Below, piece after piece: positions 60,733 to 64,000 of a stretch of DNA of 64,000 nt; position 1 is the stretch's first letter; every line of letters begins with the position of its first letter. This stretch comes from Sphingomonas taxi (lineage in GTDB: Bacteria; Pseudomonadota; Alphaproteobacteria; Sphingomonadales; Sphingomonadaceae). The translations under genes and the position numbers were made by a program. Where the stretch lies: contig QFQI01000010.1 of the NCBI GenBank assembly GCA_003243195.1, forward strand, positions 13,196-77,195. Direction: 5' to 3'. The notes beneath the pieces were generated by a model. That model was not told the DNA's origin. It worked only from the letters and a program-made list of their open reading frames with translations, and made no database searches.

Positions 60733-61817
60733 TGAAGCTGGTCGTCCTGGGCCTGTCGCTCAGCTCCAGTTGGGGCAACGGCCATGCCACCACCTTCCGC
60801 GCGCTGCTGCGCGCGTTCGCGGCGCGCGGGCATGAAGTGCTGTTCCTCGAACGCGACATGCCCTGGTATGCCGATCACCGCGACGAACCGGCGCCCGATT
60901 ACTGCCGCCTCGACCTGTACGACAGCCTCGACGCGCTGGAAGGCTGGCGCACGGAGATCGAGCAGGCCGATGCGGTGATGGTCGGCTCCTATGTGCCCGA
61001 CGGCATCGAGGTGGGACGGCTGGTGCAGCGATGGGCGCGCGGCGTCACCAGCTTCTACGACATCGACACCCCGGTGACGCTCGCCCGCCTCGTGCGCGGG
61101 ACGTGCGACTATGTCTCGGCGGCGGTGATCCCCGGCTATGACATCTATTTCTCGTTCACCGGCGGTCCCACGCTGCGGCTGATCGAGGAGCGTTATGGCG
61201 CGCCGGCCGCGCGTGCGCTTTATTGCTCGGTGGACGCCGACCGCTATCGCCCGACCGGCGCGGCGGCGCGCTGGGACCTGTCGTATCTCGGCACCTACAG
61301 CGACGATCGCCAGCCGACGCTGGAACGGCTGCTGATCGAGCCGGCGCGCCGCCACCCCGACCGGCGTTTCGTCGTCGCCGGCCCGCAATATCCCGCCACG
61401 ATGGACTGGCCCGGCAATGTCGAGCGGATCGAGCATCTCGCGCCGGCCGACCATGCCGATTTCTACTCCGCGAGCCGCGCGACGCTGAACGTCACGCGTG
61501 CGGACATGATCGCGGCCGGCTGGTCGCCATCGGTGCGGCTGTTCGAGGCGACCGCCTGCGGCACGCCGATCGTGTCGGATCGCTGGCCGGGCATCGAGGA
61601 GCTGCTGACCCCCGGCAGCGAGATCCTGCTCGCCGACAGCGGCGCGGACGTGGACGCGGCACTCGCCCGCGACGACCTCGCCACGATCGGCGCGGCGGGG
61701 CGCGCGCGCGTGCTGGCCGAGCACACCGCGCGTCACCGTGCCGCGGAGCTGGAGTCGCACCTGCGCGAAGCGGCCGCGGAACGCGCGGCGCCGATCGGCG
61801 CACGGGTCGTCATCTGA
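60729..61817 (+). CDS. CgeB-like glycosyltransferase, paralogue 3
   Basis: GTG 60729 or ATG 60732, overlapping the upstream stop. MKLVVLGLSLSSSWGNGHATTFRAL and RLFEATACGTPIVSDRW. Confidence 0.65.
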   Translation: MMKLVVLGLSLSSSWGNGHATTFRALLRAFAARGHEVLFLERDMPWYADHRDEPAPDYCRLDLYDSLDALEGWRTEIEQADAVMVGSYVPDGIEVGRLVQRWARGVTSFYDIDTPVTLARLVRGTCDYVSAAVIPGYDIYFSFTGGPTLRLIEERYGAPAARALYCSVDADRYRPTGAAARWDLSYLGTYSDDRQPTLERLLIEPARRHPDRRFVVAGPQYPATMDWPGNVERIEHLAPADHADFYSASRATLNVTRADMIAAGWSPSVRLFEATACGTPIVSDRWPGIEELLTPGSEILLADSGADVDAALARDDLATIGAAGRARVLAEHTARHRAAELESHLREAAAERAAPIGARVVI

Positions 61818-62008
61818 GCGGCGCTTCGCCGCAAGGTGTCGCCGCCTAGCCCCGGGCGACACGGTCGCGACGGCGGCGCCCGGGATCACCAAGGCTTTCG
61901 CGACGGGCCGACCCGCCGCCAGCATTAGGACGATGCGCTCGGCCAGCGTCGCGGTGACATGGAGTAAGGAAGGCGGCGGCGAGCCCATCTGCCTGCGCTC
62001 CTACAATG

Positions 62009-62035
62009 AAAAAGGCCAGCGCCGTAGCGCTGGCC
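62009..62035 (-). terminator. Rho-independent terminator oriented on the minus strand
   Basis: Minus strand: GGCCAGCGC-TACG-GCGCTGGCC followed by TTTTT. The plus strand has only TTATCT after the stem. Confidence 0.75.
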
Positions 62036-62160
62036 TTATCTGGTGCGTACTGACGCTTGTTAACCGCCAGACCGCGATCTCTGAGCCTTCAGAATAGCTA
62101 TGCTCATGCGCGGGTCAAGGCATTTTCCGTATCGCGTCCGAAACGGCGCTGATCGTAAGG
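62009..62160 (-). ncRNA. Candidate tracrRNA (5' end uncertain), divergent from cas9
   Basis: There is no minus-strand ORF here. Minus-strand read: ..GGAAAAUGCCUUGACCCGCGCAUGAGCAUAGCUAU UCUGA-AGGC-UCAGA (hairpin 62080-62093), a second stem UCUGG..CCAGA (62039-62071), then the terminator hairpin plus U5. This layout matches anti-repeat, nexus and 3' hairpins. Confidence 0.4.
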
Positions 62161-62309
62161 CGCTGGCCAGTGGTCCACGCGTGCCGGGTCAACGGCCTAG
62201 CAGGCGATGCGCGCCGGATGGCGATTGACGCCCTCTCCCCGTTCGCCATCATCGCACCGGAATGGCCGCAACTCGGCTTGGCGAACGGTGCGTGGGGAGA
62301 AATGACCGC

Positions 62310-64000
62310 ATGGCGGGAGGCGACGTGACGAACTGGCGTCTGGGTATCGACTTGGGGACGAACTCGCTCGGCTGGGCGGCGCTGCGGCTTGGCGCTGACG
62401 GCCGGCCGGCCGGCATCATTGCGGCGGGCTCCCGTATCTTCTCGGACGGACGCGATCCGAAATCGGGTGCGTCACTGGCGGTGGACCGCCGCGAGGCACG
62501 CGCGATGCGGCGGCGGCGCGACCGCTTCCAGCAGCGCCAGCGCGCGTTGATGAAATATCTGGTCGCCGACGGCCTGTTCCCCGCCGAGCGCGAGGAACGG
62601 CGCGGGCTGGAAACGCTCGATCCGTTCATGCTGCGCGCAACCGCGCTGGACGAGGCGCTGCCGCTCCATCACCTCGGGCGCGCGATCTGGCACCTCAACC
62701 AGCGGCGCGGCTTCAGGTCGAACCGCAAGACCGATCGGCCCGACGACGACAGCGGCAAGATCAAGGTCGCGGTCGGGCGACTGCGCGACGCGATGGATGC
62801 GGCGGGCGCGCGCACGTTCGGCGAGTGGCTCCACCAGCGCCGTCAGCCGAGCGAGGACCATCCCGACGGCCTGCCCGTCCGCACCCGGCTGCGCGCCGAG
62901 CCGGGCGACAATGCCAAGGGCACCGGCTATGATTTCTATCCCGATCGCGCATTGCTGGAGGATGAGTTCGACGCGATCTGGTCCGCACAGGCCGAACATC
63001 ATCCCGACGTGCTGACCCCGGAGGTGCACGATCGCCTGTACGAGATCGTCTTCCATCAGCGCCCGCTGAAGACGCCGCAGGTCGGCACCTGCACCTTCGG
63101 CAGCGGCGAGCCACGATTGCCCAAGGCGCACCCGCTGTTCCAGCGTCGCCGGCTGCTGGAGGAACTCAATGCGCTGAGGATCGTGCGCGCCGGGCAGGTC
63201 GCCGAGCGGCTGACCCCCGAGCAGCGCGACCTCCTGCTGCTGAAGCTGAAGAGCAAGGGCAAGGTCAGCTTCGAGAGCCTGCGCAAGGTGCTGAAGCTCG
63301 ACCCCGACGCGCGCTTCAACAAGGAGAGCGAGAACCGCACCGAGTTGAAGGGCGACGAGGTGGCGGCGGCGATGCTGACGAAGACGCGGCTCGGCAACCG
63401 CTGGGAACATCTGTCGCCGGACGAGCAGTGGGAGGTCATCGAGCGGCTGGAAAGCGCCGAAAGCGACGAACAGGTCGAGGCGTTCCGGGCATGGGTGGCG
63501 ACGCGGTTCGATCTCAGCGGCGAGCAGGCCGTGGCGATATCGGCGGCGCGTCTGCCGCAGGGCCATGGACGCTTCGGCGAGACCGCCACGCGCGGGCTGA
63601 TCGACGCGCTGACGCATGATCGCGACCCTGACGGCCGCGTGATCGTCTACAGCGAGGCGGTGGCGCGGCTGGGCTATCACCACAGCGACTTCCGCACCGA
63701 CCAGACTTACGACGAACTGCCTCCCTACCCCGAGATCCTCGAACGCCACCTCATGCCCGGCAGCGGCGATCCGGCGGAAAAGGATATCTTCAAGCGGCTG
63801 GGCCGGCTCACCAACCCGACCGTCCATATCGGGCTGAACCAGTTGCGACGCACCGTCAACCGCCTGATCGCGCACCATGGCCGCCCCGCCGAGATCGCGA
63901 TCGAGCTGGCGCGCGAGCTGAAGCTGACCGAGGACGAGAAGAAGGAGCTTGGCCGCCGCAACCGCCAGAACCGCGAGGAGGCCGAGCGGCGATCGCGCGC
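62310..64000 (+). CDS. cas9: CRISPR-associated endonuclease Cas9, N-terminal ~563 aa (type II, probably II-C); continues beyond the window
   Basis: Frame open from the stop at 62226 to 64000. ATG 62310 follows a GGGGAGA RBS. MAGGDVTNWRLGIDLGTNSLGWAAL (RuvC-I, Asp14), Arg-rich bridge helix DRREARAMRRRRDRFQQRQRAL, FHQRPLKTPQVGTCTF, LTNPTVHIGLNQLRRTVNRLI, and EIAIELAREL (RuvC-II). Confidence 0.9.
   Translation, partial: MAGGDVTNWRLGIDLGTNSLGWAALRLGADGRPAGIIAAGSRIFSDGRDPKSGASLAVDRREARAMRRRRDRFQQRQRALMKYLVADGLFPAEREERRGLETLDPFMLRATALDEALPLHHLGRAIWHLNQRRGFRSNRKTDRPDDDSGKIKVAVGRLRDAMDAAGARTFGEWLHQRRQPSEDHPDGLPVRTRLRAEPGDNAKGTGYDFYPDRALLEDEFDAIWSAQAEHHPDVLTPEVHDRLYEIVFHQRPLKTPQVGTCTFGSGEPRLPKAHPLFQRRRLLEELNALRIVRAGQVAERLTPEQRDLLLLKLKSKGKVSFESLRKVLKLDPDARFNKESENRTELKGDEVAAAMLTKTRLGNRWEHLSPDEQWEVIERLESAESDEQVEAFRAWVATRFDLSGEQAVAISAARLPQGHGRFGETATRGLIDALTHDRDPDGRVIVYSEAVARLGYHHSDFRTDQTYDELPPYPEILERHLMPGSGDPAEKDIFKRLGRLTNPTVHIGLNQLRRTVNRLIAHHGRPAEIAIELARELKLTEDEKKELGRRNRQNREEAERRSR

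Noticed and set aside
61818-62309. Possible CRISPR array, leader or small ORFs (61738..62097 +, the start of 60660..61988 -) in the spacer before cas9
   Set aside because: I could see no regularly spaced direct repeats of 28-37 bp. The ORFs lack an RBS and extend antisense into the last GT gene. The region is better explained by a GT-operon stem-loop (GTGTCGCC..GGCGACAC, 61836-61861) plus the minus-strand ncRNA.
62472-63878. 468-aa minus-strand ORF from the track covering the right end of the window
   Set aside because: It is antisense to the Cas9 frame and has Arg/Ala/Gly-rich shadow-ORF composition with no recognisable motifs. The plus-strand frame carries clear Cas9 signatures.

Overview
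High-GC chromosomal segment, roughly two-thirds G+C by eye. The gene content looks alphaproteobacterial and probably sphingomonad-like; this is an inference from UPF0262, PmtA, OpgGH, CtaA and EcfG-type promoter motifs. All family names come from motif reading only, since no search could be run. I support about 60 CDS, 2 tRNAs, 1 pseudogene remnant, several terminators and candidate promoters, and 1 candidate ncRNA. Many long ORFs in the supplied track are antisense or 5'-extended shadow ORFs typical of GC-rich DNA, so starts were trimmed where motifs, RBS or 4-nt start/stop overlaps allowed. From left to right the window holds: aguB, folK and tRNA-Lys; a trehalose-from-glucan operon (glgX-treZ-malQ-treY); a Pit phosphate transporter pair; dnaB; cdd; tRNA-Leu; acs; a lipid head-group block (psd, class-III aminotransferase, DUF962-like, pmtA); rpsI-rplM; a ctaA operon; a PAS hybrid histidine kinase; nadE; a general-stress-type block (SDR, SRPBCC, Zn-ADH, SDR); opgGH; ald with an Lrp regulator; a PepSY/DUF2271/DUF4198/ApbE flavinylation module; and an MCP. 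Two items stand out. (1) A 12.5-kb, apparently cytoplasmic, uncharacterised glycan or glycoside cluster at 49366-61817. It has three tandem CgeB-like glycosyltransferase paralogues, and a perfect EcfG general-stress promoter consensus lies in front of its methyltransferase operon. (2) At the right edge there is a type II Cas9 gene, probably II-C, that is absent from the ORF track because it has no stop codon in the window. It is preceded by a divergent, terminator-capped structured RNA that I propose as the tracrRNA. No CRISPR array, cas1 or cas2 lies inside the window.
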